Shown here piece after piece: positions 47,141 to 59,490 of a stretch of 64,000 nucleotides of DNA. Within the stretch, counting starts at the first letter, position 1, and every line of letters begins with the position of its first letter. Made by a program: the position numbers and the translations under genes. The DNA is from Isurus oxyrinchus (Eukaryota), in assembly GCA_026770705.1 (NCBI GenBank), contig JANJGN010000036.1:1364001-1428000 (forward strand), written 5' to 3'. The notes under the pieces were generated by a model. The model had not been told where the DNA came from, made no database searches, and saw nothing but the letters and a program-made list of their open reading frames with translations.

Positions 47141-50100
47141 GTTTGTTATTTTTGTTTTTATCTCTGTGTTTAATTGACTGCCACTGCTCTTCAAGAAATG
47201 CCTACCTCCTTGAAGAAGTTCTGTTCCTCTCTGCGACAAGATTTCCGTATCTCTCTTTTGCCCTGCTCACCTTCCTTGCCAGCCATTTCCCTCCTGGTGT
47301 TTGACAAGGTGTTTACTAAAACCCGCTTTCAGAGCCACATCTCCTTTCTCAGTGACTGTCTCCACCTCCGACTTACCCCACGTGGATTTCAACTGAAATT
47401 CCACCCCTCATGTTTCGAACCCACCCAGGATTACTGGTATCTCCGAGACATAAAGCGTTTCTCGGACTGCTGTTCCCGTCACATTCTAAAATCCACACTT
47501 AGTGCCATGCGCCGCCATATGAACACACTCGACCTCTCCCACCAGCAAGACCGCCGTACCCTTTTTCAAAGCTGCCCGTGCCCCCAGTTTCATTTTATCC
47601 TTCGGCTCATCTGATGCCTCAACAAGAAACTTTTTCTCTTTCGCTCAAGTGCTAAGGAATGCAAGCTCCAACAACTCATCGACACCAACACCCATCTAGG
47701 ACCCTCCACCCTGGCCTGTCCCTCTGTCCCCACCCCATCTTCCAATCCCAACCCCAGCCATGATTTTCAGTATACACCCGGACCTTCCCCTCTCCGATGC
47801 TGAACGTTCAGTGCTCAGCAAAGGACTTAGTTTCACACCCTTACGCCCTCACCTCAATGAATTTCGGGCTCAGCATGATGCTGAACTCTTCTTCCGCTGT
47901 CTTCATCTCCGGGCTCACTTCTTTGGGCAGGAGTCCTCTCTCAGTTCAACGGATCCTTTTACCCATCTCCAATATTCTCCCCCCACCTGGACCCCTCCCT
48001 CTGGATTCTTACCTTCTCTTGATCTTTTCATTGAGAACTGTCGGCGCGACATTAGTCGTCTCAGTTTCTCTGCTCCTCTCACCCATTCTAACCTGTCTCT
48101 CTCTGAACTTACTGCACTCCATTCTCTCAGGTCCAACCCTGACATTGTCATCAAACCCGCTGACAAGGGTGGTGCTGTTGTTGTCTGGTGCACTGACCTC
48201 TACGTCGCGGAGGCTGAACGTCAACTCGCAGACACTTGCTCCTATTCTCCCTGAACCATGACCCCACCACGAAACATCAAGCCATTGTTTCCAGGACCGT
48301 CACTGACCTCATCTCCTCTGGGGATCTTCCAACCTGATAGTCGCCCAACCTCAGATGGCCTGCTTTTATCTTCTACACAAAATACACAAACAGAACTGCA
48401 CCGGTAGACCGATCGTCTCAGCTTGCTCCTGCCCCACAGCACTCATTTCTCGTTATCTTGACTCCCTTCTCTCTCCCCTTGTCCAGTCCCTTCCCACCTA
48501 CATCCGTGATTCCTCTGACACCTTACGTCACATCAACAATTTCCAGTTCCCTGGCCCCAACAGCTTCCTCTTCACCATGGACGTCCAATCCCTCTACACC
48601 TCCATCCCCCACCAGGATGGTCTGAGGGCCCTTAGCTTCTTCCTCGAACAGAGGCCCGAACAATCCCCATCCACCACTACTCTCCTCCGTCTGGCTGAAC
48701 TTGTTCAAACGCTGAACAATTTCTCCTTCAACTCCTCTCGCTTCCTCCAAATTAAAGGTGTGGCTGTGGGTACCCGCATGGGCCCCAGCTATGCCTGTCT
48801 CTTTATGGGGTATGTGGAACATTCCTTGTTCCAGTCCTACTCCAGCCCCCTTCCACAACTCTTTCTCTGGTACATCAATGATTACTTCGGTGCCGCTTCA
48901 TGTTCTTGTCTGGAGTTGGAAAAATTTATTAATTTTGCTTCCAATCTCCACCCCTCCATCATTTTCACGTGGTCCATCTCTGACACTTCCCTTCCCTTCC
49001 TTGACCTCTCTGTCTCAATCTCTGGTGATAGACTGTCCACCAATATCCATTACAAACCCACCGACTCCCACAGCTATCTCGACTACAGCTCCTCACACCC
49101 CGCTTCCTGTAAGAACTCCATCCCATTCTCTCAGTTCCTTCACCTCCGTCGCATCTGTTCCGATGATGCTACCTTCAAAAACAGTTCCTCTGACATGTCC
49201 TCCTTCTTCCTTATCCGAGGTTTTCCACCCAGGGTCGTTGACAGGGCCCCAAACCGTGTCTGACACATCTCCCAAGCATCCGCCCTCACGCCTTCTCCTC
49301 CCTCCCAGAAACATGATAGGGTCCCCCTTGTCCTCACTTATCACCCCACAAGTCTCCGCATTCAAAGGATCATCCTCCGCCATTTCCGCCAACTCCAGCA
49401 TGATGCCATCACCAAACACATCTTCCCTTCAACCCCCTATCGGCATTCCATAGAGATCGCTCCCTCCGGGACACCCTGGTCCACTCCTCCATCACCCCCT
49501 ACTCCTCAACCCCCTCCTATGGCACCACCCCATGCCCACGCAAAAGATGCAATAATTGCCCCTTCACTTCCTCTCTCCTCACCGTCCAAGGACCCAAACA
49601 CTCCTTTCAAGTGAAGCAGCATTTCACTTGCATTTCCCCCAACTTAGTCTACTGCATTCGTTGCTCCCAATGTGCTCTCCTCTACGTTGGAGAGACCAAA
49701 CGTAAACTGGGCGACCGCTTTGCAGAACACCTGCGGTCTGTCTGCAAGAATGACCCAAACCTCCCTGTCGCTTGCCATTTTAGCACACCACCCTGCTCTT
49801 TTGCCCACATGTCTGTCCTTGGCTTGCGGCATTGTTTCAGTGAAGCCCAACGCAAACTGGAGGAACAACACCTCATCTTCCGACTAGGCACTTTACAGCC
49901 ATCCGCACTGAATATTGAATTCAACAACTTTAGGTCGTGAGCTCCCTCCCCCATCCCCACCCCCTTTCTGTTTCCCCCTTCCTTTTCTTTTTTTTCCAAT
50001 AAATTATATAGATTTTCCTTTTCCCACCTATTTCCATTATAAAAAGAGAAAAAGAAAAAAAAATATTTATTTATTTATTTATTTGTTTGTTTTTTTTACA

Positions 50101-50473
50101 TCATTTATGCTCTCCCCACCCCCACTACAGCTATACCTTGAGTGCCCTACCATCCATTCTTAGTTAGCACATTCGTTTAGATAATATCACCTACTTTAAC
50201 TTTAACACCAATGTGTTCTATTGTATTATTGTTGTTGACATCTTTGGGTGATCTGCTTCTATCACTGCTTGTTTGTCTCTACAACCACACCCCCACTCCA
50301 CCCCTCTCTCTGTCCCTCTCTCTCCACCCGCTACACACACACCTTAAACCAACTTATATTTCAACTCTTTCTTGGACTCGAACTCAAGTTCTGTTGAAGG
50401 GTCATGAGGACTCGAAACGTCAACTCTTTTCTTCTCCACCGATGCTGCCAGACCTGCTGAGTTTTTCCAGGTA
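47141..50473 (+). mobile_element. Penelope-like retrotransposon E2 (inverted partner of E1), disrupted ORF
   Basis: ORFs 47174-47614, 47760-48254 (IKPADKGGAVVV), 48355-49263 (GRPIVS, YIND) and 49611-49940 (GIY-YIG). Confidence 0.93.
50386..50426 (+). ncRNA. Minimal type I hammerhead-ribozyme-like motif at the E2 3' end
   Basis: aagtt CTGTTGA a gggtc atgag gactc GAAA C GTC aactc. Confidence 0.6.
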
Positions 50474-51989
50474 ATTCCAGATTTTATTAAAGCGGACATT
50501 CCGTACAGAGTCACAAAGTTATACTAAAACTGCATAAAAAGATTGAGTTCAGCTTCTGATGGAGTAATGTGTCCTGATCTTGGCGCCACACGCTGGGGAG
50601 TGTGTGAAGGCTTTCGAGGGCATGCCGGCAAGTTTGTTGAGAAGGGATCCAAGGATGCGATGGCTTGTTTGCAAAGTTAGTTTGGAGAAACTGGTGCCGT
50701 TTCCCTCGGTGTAGAAAAGGTCAAGAGGAGATTTGACATTGATATTCAAAGTCACGTGAGGTCGGGAGCCAGTGGATAGGGAGAAACAGTTGATATTGCT
50801 GGACAGTTCTGGAATGAAGAACTTGGATAACTGTGAGAAAATAGAAAAAAATAATTTTTGGGGCTACAGCAAAAGGTGAGGTGGGGGAAATGGTGGATTA
50901 TGTGAGTTTCTTTCAGAGACTTAACCCGGACACAAGAGGTTGCGTCGGCTGCTTCTGTTCTGTAGCAATCCAGTGACCCTAATAATGGCAAAATTGCACC
51001 AGGCAGACAAGTAGACATGGCCATTGCAGGGGCGGGGGATCAGGAGTGGTCGGATCGTGTACATTATCCATGTCCATCTATTGTCATGGACCAATGCAAT
51101 GTTCGTGGAACATCGTCGTAGTGGGGAACATTTGAGTAATTATCATGCAGTGTTTGTGTAATTGATTACAGGTTATCCAGACTTTTATAAAGTTTCTGTT
51201 CATTCCTAAACTATTAATACACAAGTGACCACCGTCACACACAGAGGAGGCGACCCAACAGGACGCAAAAGAGGTCAGTTTGCTGAGGAGTTGGGGCAAC
51301 ATACAGAAGTTCACCTTTTTGATGAGGTGCAAGGGATCCCAAGCTGGATATTTCACGCGGGTAACAACGAGCAGACACAATCCAGAGCAAGTGAATTTAT
51401 GTTAACTCCCACTCCAACCTCTGAGTGGAATCAGGACTTTTCCCACAACCCCTCTTTCTATCTGATTGTTAAGATCATGGCTTAATATCCTAGGTAGAAC
51501 ATCTTCGTCAGTCTCTAGCGCGGATTCCCAACAGTTTCTAGTTCAGACTTCCAATTTTCTGCTTTTAAAAAAAAATCTGCTTAACTCTGATTTGACTTAC
51601 AGAATTAGAGCGCAACACGAGAGAGACGTGGGCAGTGATGCAGGAAACTTGCGATGGTTCCATGTTCCATTTATAGAGTCTAATTTGGCTTGTGTTTACT
51701 TTTATACCAATGTTTCATAAACTGGGCGAGTGTAGTTTTTTTTTGGCAGAAGGGATGTCTTTTGATGTATGTTTTCCTTAACCATCCACTGCCTGATGTT
51801 TGGGTCTGTTTTGCACTAATTGATATTCCTCCATTACGATGTCAGCCCAATAATCATTGCAACATAGAAATACCAGTATGTTGAGATACGATCCAGCTGT
51901 TATTTGGTGCTTTTCAGTACAGCATTTCGTATTTTACTGTCCCAGTATTTGTGCAGCTTCTATAACAAAGTATTCGAGAATTGATGGAA

Positions 51990-52660
51990 AAAGAGTGCTT
52001 GTTGTTGTTGCTTTTCGTCGAGCACTCACCTGGACATTTGGCAAGAAAATACCAATGAGAGGGGGAAAACAAATTGATAAGTTTCGAAAGAGAGTGCTGA
52101 TTGTTTGGCAAGTGGAGCCTGTTTATTTACGGTTTTTGCCATGTATAATGCACCAGTTTATGGTGACTGACTGTCAACTGCCAACCATAGTTTCAAATTT
52201 TCCAAGGAATTTTGAGTCTGTTTGGTCAAGACATTGCCTGGCGAATGAACCAGCGAATTGCTGTCACTTTTGTTGCTTAGCTAAAACAGACATAATGTAT
52301 GTGCATGTTATTTCCGTCTGCAATGAACAGGGCCCTGCGTTTCTATGTGTAGCTTCCAGTACATGCAAATGCTCCACACTGTGAACCCAACTGACGATCT
52401 TAAATTGGTTGTCAGCCCAATTCTCAGCAAACTGATGAATATTTAGCAAATCCGGTCCAATCACAGAATGACATCTAATGTTGGGCATTGTATTTTGAGT
52501 TTTGCAAGAACAAGCTGGTCAGGCACAATCTGTACTTTGCTCATTCTGAACAGTGGAACAACATGCTGCTTGATACAATCCACCTTGTTTTGGGACTTAT
52601 GGCCCGCATACCCGGCATCAAACTGGCGCTGGAATTCATAGACCACATTAGTCATTTGCG
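51990..52660 (-). mobile_element. Decayed 3' end (GIY-YIG + UTR) of a second Penelope-like family
   Basis: NVVYEFQRQFDAGYAGHKSQNKVDCIKQHV and SVIGPDLLN..NQFKIVS..HLHVLEA resemble the PLE GIY-YIG domain; degenerate hammerhead-like caggtgagtgctcgacgaaaagc at ~52010-52032. Confidence 0.7.
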
Positions 52661-53984
52661 TGATAGACCCTCCAAATCCTCTAATTCCCTGAGAGACTGA
52701 ACATCTCTATATGTCAGCCTTGAATATCTTCAATGATGAAGGTTTCAATATCCTCTGCGGTAGAGAATTCAAAGGATTGTTAACCATTGATTGCAGAAAA
52801 TTCTCCACATTCCAGTCCTAAATGATTAGACCATTATGCTGAAAGTGCTATCCTTTGTTCGCCCCCTGCCCATAATACTTCAGGAAAGCCCTTTTCATTG
52901 TGCAGTCTAAAACTTCGTGTGCTGTGCAGCAGTTTGACAATGGAAAGATTGAGTGAGATGGAGAGAAAGAGGCAAGGCAAGTACTGATGCCATTAAACTA
53001 TTTTCAGATCTAGAGACATCCTTGGTGTCATTTTGGTTCTGCAAGCCTTTGTATAAGTAGTGCATGGCTGAACTGGAAACTCCGCGACCTGCATCCGGGT
53101 TGATCTTGTTTTTTTTTTTGTTTAGTAATTAATTGAAAATTTGATGTAACCTGTTCTTTCACCAGACTTTTGAACTGCTGAACATAGACTGAGAAATAAA
53201 AATGTTTGTTTAGCAACTTTAATCCACTAACACACATGTCAAAATTTCGAAAGATGTATATGGATTCATTCAATTATTTGGATTTGATTCTGAACGGTGA
53301 AAATCGAAGAATTCGATTATCTTGTGTCAAAACACAGAAGCATGAAGCTGGTGGATGTGGTGAAGAGTAAAAACGCAGAGTTCAACGGTTTTTCAACATT
53401 GGGTCAACCTGATTTGTTTCCCTTGCTCTTAGTGCTCAGTCTCTTACGGACTAGACCGGCAACTGAAATGTATCTGGCAGTCACAGTGCTGGAAAACTGA
53501 ATGAATGCAAATGGAAACAATTGGGTTAATGCAATATCACATCAGTACAATACCAACAATCCTTTTTCCATAGAACAGCTTTTATTTCTAACACACTGGA
53601 GTAGCATTTTTAAAATTATCTTTACAGGCTCATAAGGAAAGGGGGATTTTAAAAAAATCAAGGCAGACAGCAAGTTGCAGCTACAACCAGAAACCACTGT
53701 ATTCTCACTGAAATGTTTACCNNNNNNNNNNNNNNNNNNNNNNNNNNNNNNNNNNNNNNNNNNNNNNNNNNNNNNNNNNNNNNNNNNNNNNNNNNNNNNN
53801 NNNNNNNNNNNNNNNNNNNNNNNNNNNNNNNNNNNNNNNNNNNNNNNNNNNNNNNNNNNNNNNNNNNNNNNNNNNNNNNNNNNNNNNNNNNNNNNNNNNN
53901 NNNNNNNNNNNNNNNNNNNNNNNNNNNNNNNNNNNNNNNNNNNNNNNNNNNNNNNNNNNNNNNNNNNNNNNNNNNNNNNNNNNN

Positions 53985-54720
53985 ATTTCTGGATGGTAAT
54001 TCAATTATAAAGATACCAGTGATAGTCGTGGATTGCTAGTTACAGTAGAAGTGTCTTTAGTGATATCATTAGTTACAGGGCATTGATGCCAGTGGCCAAC
54101 TGGACATGTCATTACAATTCAATTATAATCAGCAATGCATCTGAAGTGTATCCTTACATCAGTTGTCTTCAGAAATATGCCTGGATGCGCATGTGCAATA
54201 GAATAGAGATTTTTGACGCATCTGTGTTGGTGGATCCCGTACAAATGAGGCCCGTAATGGTGCAGGATATTTTCTTACTATATAACAGAATTGGCCAACA
54301 TATCTGAATGTTTATATACAGCACAACTGCTGACATTTATATAACTGAAATAATAATTATAGTGAAATTTGTTTCAGTGACACATCAGAATCAAGTGTAA
54401 AATAGGAACTGCGCTAAGGGTTTTCTCTGGAAGCAGTGTTTCCGGAGAACTCTGGCCTGTGCAAGAACTGGATTGGAAGGTACGGTTCAAGTGACCTCAG
54501 TGAAATATCTGGCTGGCCAGTTACAGTACAAGTGACGTCGGTGATATATCTGGATGGATAGGTGTTGTTTAAGTGATGTTACTGATGCATCTGAATGTGT
54601 AGTTTACAGTTCAAGGGAGTTTGTTGATATATCTTGATAGTTAGGTGCATTAATAATATCTGGATGGCAGTTTAAGTGTAATGGTGGCACTACTTGTTCT
54701 GGCTGGCTAGCTAAAGAACA
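53985..54720. repeat. Degenerate ~41-bp minisatellite
   Basis: Units such as ggtacggttcaagtgacctcagtgaaatatctggctggcca and gttacagtacaagtgacgtcggtgatatatctggatggata; periodic atctgga. Confidence 0.7.
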
Positions 54721-57109
54721 AGTCAATCAATATGACAGAGATGAAAAATGTGGTATTAGAGATGGATGTTCATCTCACGATCAAATGTGCCACCAAGATT
54801 GCTTACAGAGTAAAGTACTGTCAGACTGCAGCCAGTGAAAAAGATGGACATGGTGGAAAGAGAAGAGAGTTTGGAGCGGGACTGAAAACAATGACTACTG
54901 TCTTCTAAATATTTTATGCCAGGAAATTTCTACTGATTCAGATCCATTAATGGCCGTGCCTGGATCATAAAGACTCCAGATTGGATGCTTCCTGATGATT
55001 GCACCGCATTTGGTAGCAATCTTCAGATGGTAAAGCAGTCCATGTCCAAATGCAGCAGCACGTGGGTAATATGCAGGTTTGGGTTGACAAGTACAAAATA
55101 GCATTCACGCAACATAAGTGCCAGCCGATGAACACTTCCATCAAGATTGATTCTAACCATTACTGCTCCCTCTGTCTTTTGTTCCATGACGGTTGTGTTA
55201 TCTAATTTCAACATCCCTCTGCCATATTCCTCTTTTGCTCGCTCCTCCCCTCTCTCTCTGCCAATGGCATAAAACACTTCAAATCACCACATTCATTTCG
55301 TTCTTAAGAAGCCACATTAGACTGGAATAGTTCACTATTAGTGGTACTACAGTTGTTCTTACATATACTGAGGATGAGGCAGAGTGAAGATCCAGGAGTG
55401 TAAAAATAAATCATAAAATTATACAGGAAAACCTTCTCAATTAATATAATTCTTGTCTAATATGAAAGGAAAAAAGTGATAGGTAAAGATGTGGGGGAAT
55501 GCAAAAAAGAACAAGGGCAATTGCCTGCAGTGTGTTAACATCTGCGCAATAGAGAAGACAATGTAACTTTATTAAAGTAGGCTTGGATAGGGTTAACGAA
55601 TATCCACCTTGAACCTGCCGTACCGCGTCAATATCTATAATTTCACAAGGGATCGAGCACAAGCATTAATAAAGAACGCAGAAAATACGCAATTCCAGGG
55701 GAACATTGTGGAATAGATAGGGTACAAACTATCCATGTTCACATGGAAAGGATATATGAGACATCCAAAGATGAAGCTTCCTGGATGACAACCACTACTG
55801 ATTTAAAATAAACAGAAAAATAAATTTTATGGCAAATGGCCGCACGGAACAAACTCAAAACCTAAGGAGAGCTCAGAGAATGTTGTGGAAAATTGAATGA
55901 AAAACACATATTAGAGGAACAAAGAGAGAGAATAAGAAAAGGGATTTTCGGGTAAATTAAAAAGGGAGACAAACTCCCAAACAATATTGTATAAAATCAA
56001 AGTTAAATTCAAGAAATTCTGTTTTCGATCTGGGTGAGAAAAATGAATCTTACTTTGGACGAGGACGACATAATTGAACAACTGTGAACAGTATTAATCC
56101 GTTTGCCAAAAAAAACAAGAGGATCAGTGCATCTGATAGTCAGGGAAAAGCTGTTTTCAGGGGAATCTGGAGATGACATTCAATGATAGCTCTTTCGGGG
56201 TGTGTGTATGATTGACAGCAACTGAGAGTTTACAGGGAGATCAGTGCAGGACAAGTACACTAGACAGTGCGGGGCTTGTATCTGCAGACTGAACATGGAG
56301 GGATCAGAGCAGGAAGCATTCTGTTAAGTCCCATCTAGGAAAGTACATGGTTTCTATCAGCAGACTGAACACTGATTAGGAAATTCTTTGAGTGTTCCCA
56401 GAGAGAGAGCTTTCGACTGGCAACTGTGGAGTACGTAAAGTGAGGCGACTGGAGAGACTTTGTCGATTTTTTGTGACGTTGGACGGAGCGAAAAATGATT
56501 TATGGCGATGGACAGAATTTGACTTTACTAAGTGATAGGCTGAACAATTTTGGATTTTCAGAAGTGGTGGTTTGGTGCTCCGGCTATTAGGATATTAGGA
56601 ATAGTCGGATGAAGAAATAATATTGCAGGGCGTCCGATTGATTTTAACAAATTGGTTAGGATAAGTGGAGTGCCGACGATGCTATGCCGAGGCGAAACGA
56701 CATACACAGTGTGTGAACAAAGAGTCCAACAGTTCTGTCAGTTAAATTAAATAATATTTTCTCAAACTTAATTGTAAAGCCCGGCAACAAGCATGGAATC
56801 CCGAGGAGAGCAGGCTGACTCCAGGGTATGTATGAGAGAGACNNNNNNNNNNNNNNNNNNNNNNNNNNNNNNNNNNNNNNNNNNNNNNNNNNNNNNNNNN
56901 NNNNNNNNNNNNNNNNNNNNNNNNNNNNNNNNNNNNNNNNNNNNNNNNNNNNNNNNNNNNNNNNNNNNNNNNNNNNNNNNNNNNNNNNACAGTATCTTGC
57001 AGAAGGTAGATTGCTAAAGGCTTTCTTTTCTGTATCTTTGTTATTTTGACAGTATCCAGCAGTGGATGGATTGGGAAAAATGTGACGTGGCTATGTGCGG
57101 GACTCTGTA

Positions 57110-57300
57110 TGATTCTGTGTGTGTGTGAGAGAGAGAGAGAGAGGGAGAGAGAGAAAGCGTGTGTTTTTGACTGTGTGTACTTATCTGTCTGCCTGTGTAG
57201 TTGTGACAGTATCAAGCAGGTTACATTTGTGAAGATGTGGATTTGTGTCTGTGTGTGTGCGTTTGTGTGTGTGTCAGTCAGTGAGTGAGTGAATGAGACA
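57110..57300. repeat. (GT)/(GA) microsatellite region
   Basis: Visible dinucleotide runs. Confidence 0.8.
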
Positions 57301-58099
57301 GTCCAGCAAAGGGGAGACCACGAAAGATGAAAGTGCGTGTATGTTTTTGCAGTGCGTGATAGAGCGCCGGCGTTTGAAATTTACCTAATTTATCATTTCC
57401 ACTTATTTCAATCATTTAACCCTGACTCTGCGCCTCCTCATCTCCCAGTATTAATTGTAGACCTTCCTATTCCATTCCTTAAAGGCCGTAATTACAATTT
57501 GCCAACAGTATGCTAAGTGTGATATAAGAATTTTACATTTAAGTTTGCTATAGTATCTCTGTTTTTCAGTTCAATTCCCCTGGAAATTTGCACCTTTCCT
57601 ACCTTCGCATTGCAATGGTCCTGCTAGCCTGATTGTTCTTGGGAATGGTTTTTTAACCTTTACTTATAGAAACCACTTTTTTCATTATATACTTAACCAA
57701 TTATCTCACTTTCTATCTTAAAGGATCTTAATGAATTCGTTGCATACTTGCTAAATGGATTAGTATGTATTATTGCAATTAATACAATGAATAAAAGACT
57801 ATCGATTGTTTGTGAGCTTGATTATGCACGCTGCGAATTAATAAGATTCAACATTTCAGATCAAGAAGAAAATACAACTTTATATTCGTAGATAAAAGTC
57901 TGTGAACTAACATCTCCTGGGAGCAAATAAGACAAAGAGCCCAACTGTAAGAAAACCTGGAATGATTGGTAAATATCTCTCAAATGCTTACAGGTTCATA
58001 CTGTTCGTATCCAGTACATTGAAGTGAATGGAAGATGAGAAAGAGGCTGGAGACGAGGGTTTAAAGCAGACTTAGGAACGCTAGCACTGTGACCATAAA

Positions 58100-58430
58100 T
58101 ATAGTGTGAGTGTCTGTGTGAGAATATTTACCTGTGAGAGTACGTGCATGACAGAGAGTATGTGTTTGTATGTGATGGAGGAGAGTATGTGCATAATCGA
58201 ATTTCTGACAGGGCGTGTGCGTGAGAGAGTGAAAATGTTTGTGTGTGAGAGAGTGTGTGTGTGAGAGAGACAGAGTGTGACTGTGTAAGCGTGTCTCTGT
58301 ATGAGAGAGAGAGCGTGCGTGTGAGAGCGTGCTTGTCTGTGTCTGTGTGCATCTGAAAAAGAGCGAAAGTGTATGAGTCTATGTCTGTGTACGTATGTGT
58401 GTGAGCGTGTGTGTGCGAGTATGTCTGAGT
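58100..58430. repeat. Imperfect (GT)/(GA) microsatellite
   Basis: Expanded relative to the homologous 10320-10470. Confidence 0.8.
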
Positions 58431-59129
58431 CTGTGATTATTACAGCACCCAGCAGAGTCAATTAGGGATGGGAAATAAATGATTACCCAGCCAGAGATGC
58501 CCACATCCCGTGAAAGAATAAACACAATATAAGTTAATGTCTGGCTTCCCGTTCAAAGCTCCTAGACTCAAAGTAATTGTGATTCTACAGTCCCTCCGAC
58601 CACCGGACGTCCCTGAGTAATGGAAGCAGCATGATATGAATTGCCATTGTGACAACCCCAAAAGCTTGCTCTGCATCTTGAAATGACCTGTTATGTTTGC
58701 AACTCATGTTTAATCAGAAGATCCCAGTTAATCAATATTAGTAAGGTTATTCAGGGTGATAAAGAGACTGTCCTCACATATATGAGTTGTTAGCGCACTT
58801 CATGGTTTTAGGGGGAATCAGGGGGGTTGAAAAAATAAATGCAAAAATCAATGTCAAGAGCCATTTTCGTCAAAGATGCAAGCTGAGTAGAGCTGACAGT
58901 TTTTTTAATACATGGGAACGTATCTAGAAGATCTCCTGCTAATGTTCCGCATTGCTGTCAATCTGACTTCTGCAAAGTAAGGCAGCACAGAAGTCTGGAT
59001 AATTCTTGAGAATTGTAAATCTAATCAAGCTGTGAGTCAATTTAAGTACCACTGACTGCCACATCATTTACTGAAAGAAAGTAAATAGTGGTTTGGTTGT
59101 ACCGAGCTTGAGTACCACTGAAAAAAAAA

Positions 59130-59490
59130 ATTCTTGAAGCTTTTGTTAACGAAGTCTTGGACTCACCAGTACAATCGCAAAAACACCAAATTCAGGGGAA
59201 GCAACAATTTAACACTTAATGAGAAGGGATTGCTGATTGGTTAGCAAGTGGACTCTGGTTGGTAGAGGCATTGCCAATGAGAATGAACCAGTGTTGGTGA
59301 ATGACAGTTAACTCTCAAGAAACGTTTTAAATTTAAACGAGGCAGTTTGACGTGGATTTGTCAAGGCATTGTACTGTGGAATGAACCAACGAAAGGCTGT
59401 CACTTATTTTGTTGAGCTGAAAAAGGTGCAATGTGTGCATATTTTCCTTCTGTCTACAAGAGGCCGAGTGTAATAATATATGTCTCTTCC
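59130..59490 (-). mobile_element. Second relic of the Penelope-like family seen at 52 kb (3' terminus)
   Basis: Homologous to 52090-52360 (gctgattg.tt.gcaagtgga..gtcaag.cattg..gaatgaacca.cgaa..gctgtcactt). Confidence 0.6.

Noticed and set aside
53985-54720. CRISPR-like array
   Set aside because: The context is eukaryotic, and the units are degenerate tandem copies without constant repeats and unique spacers.
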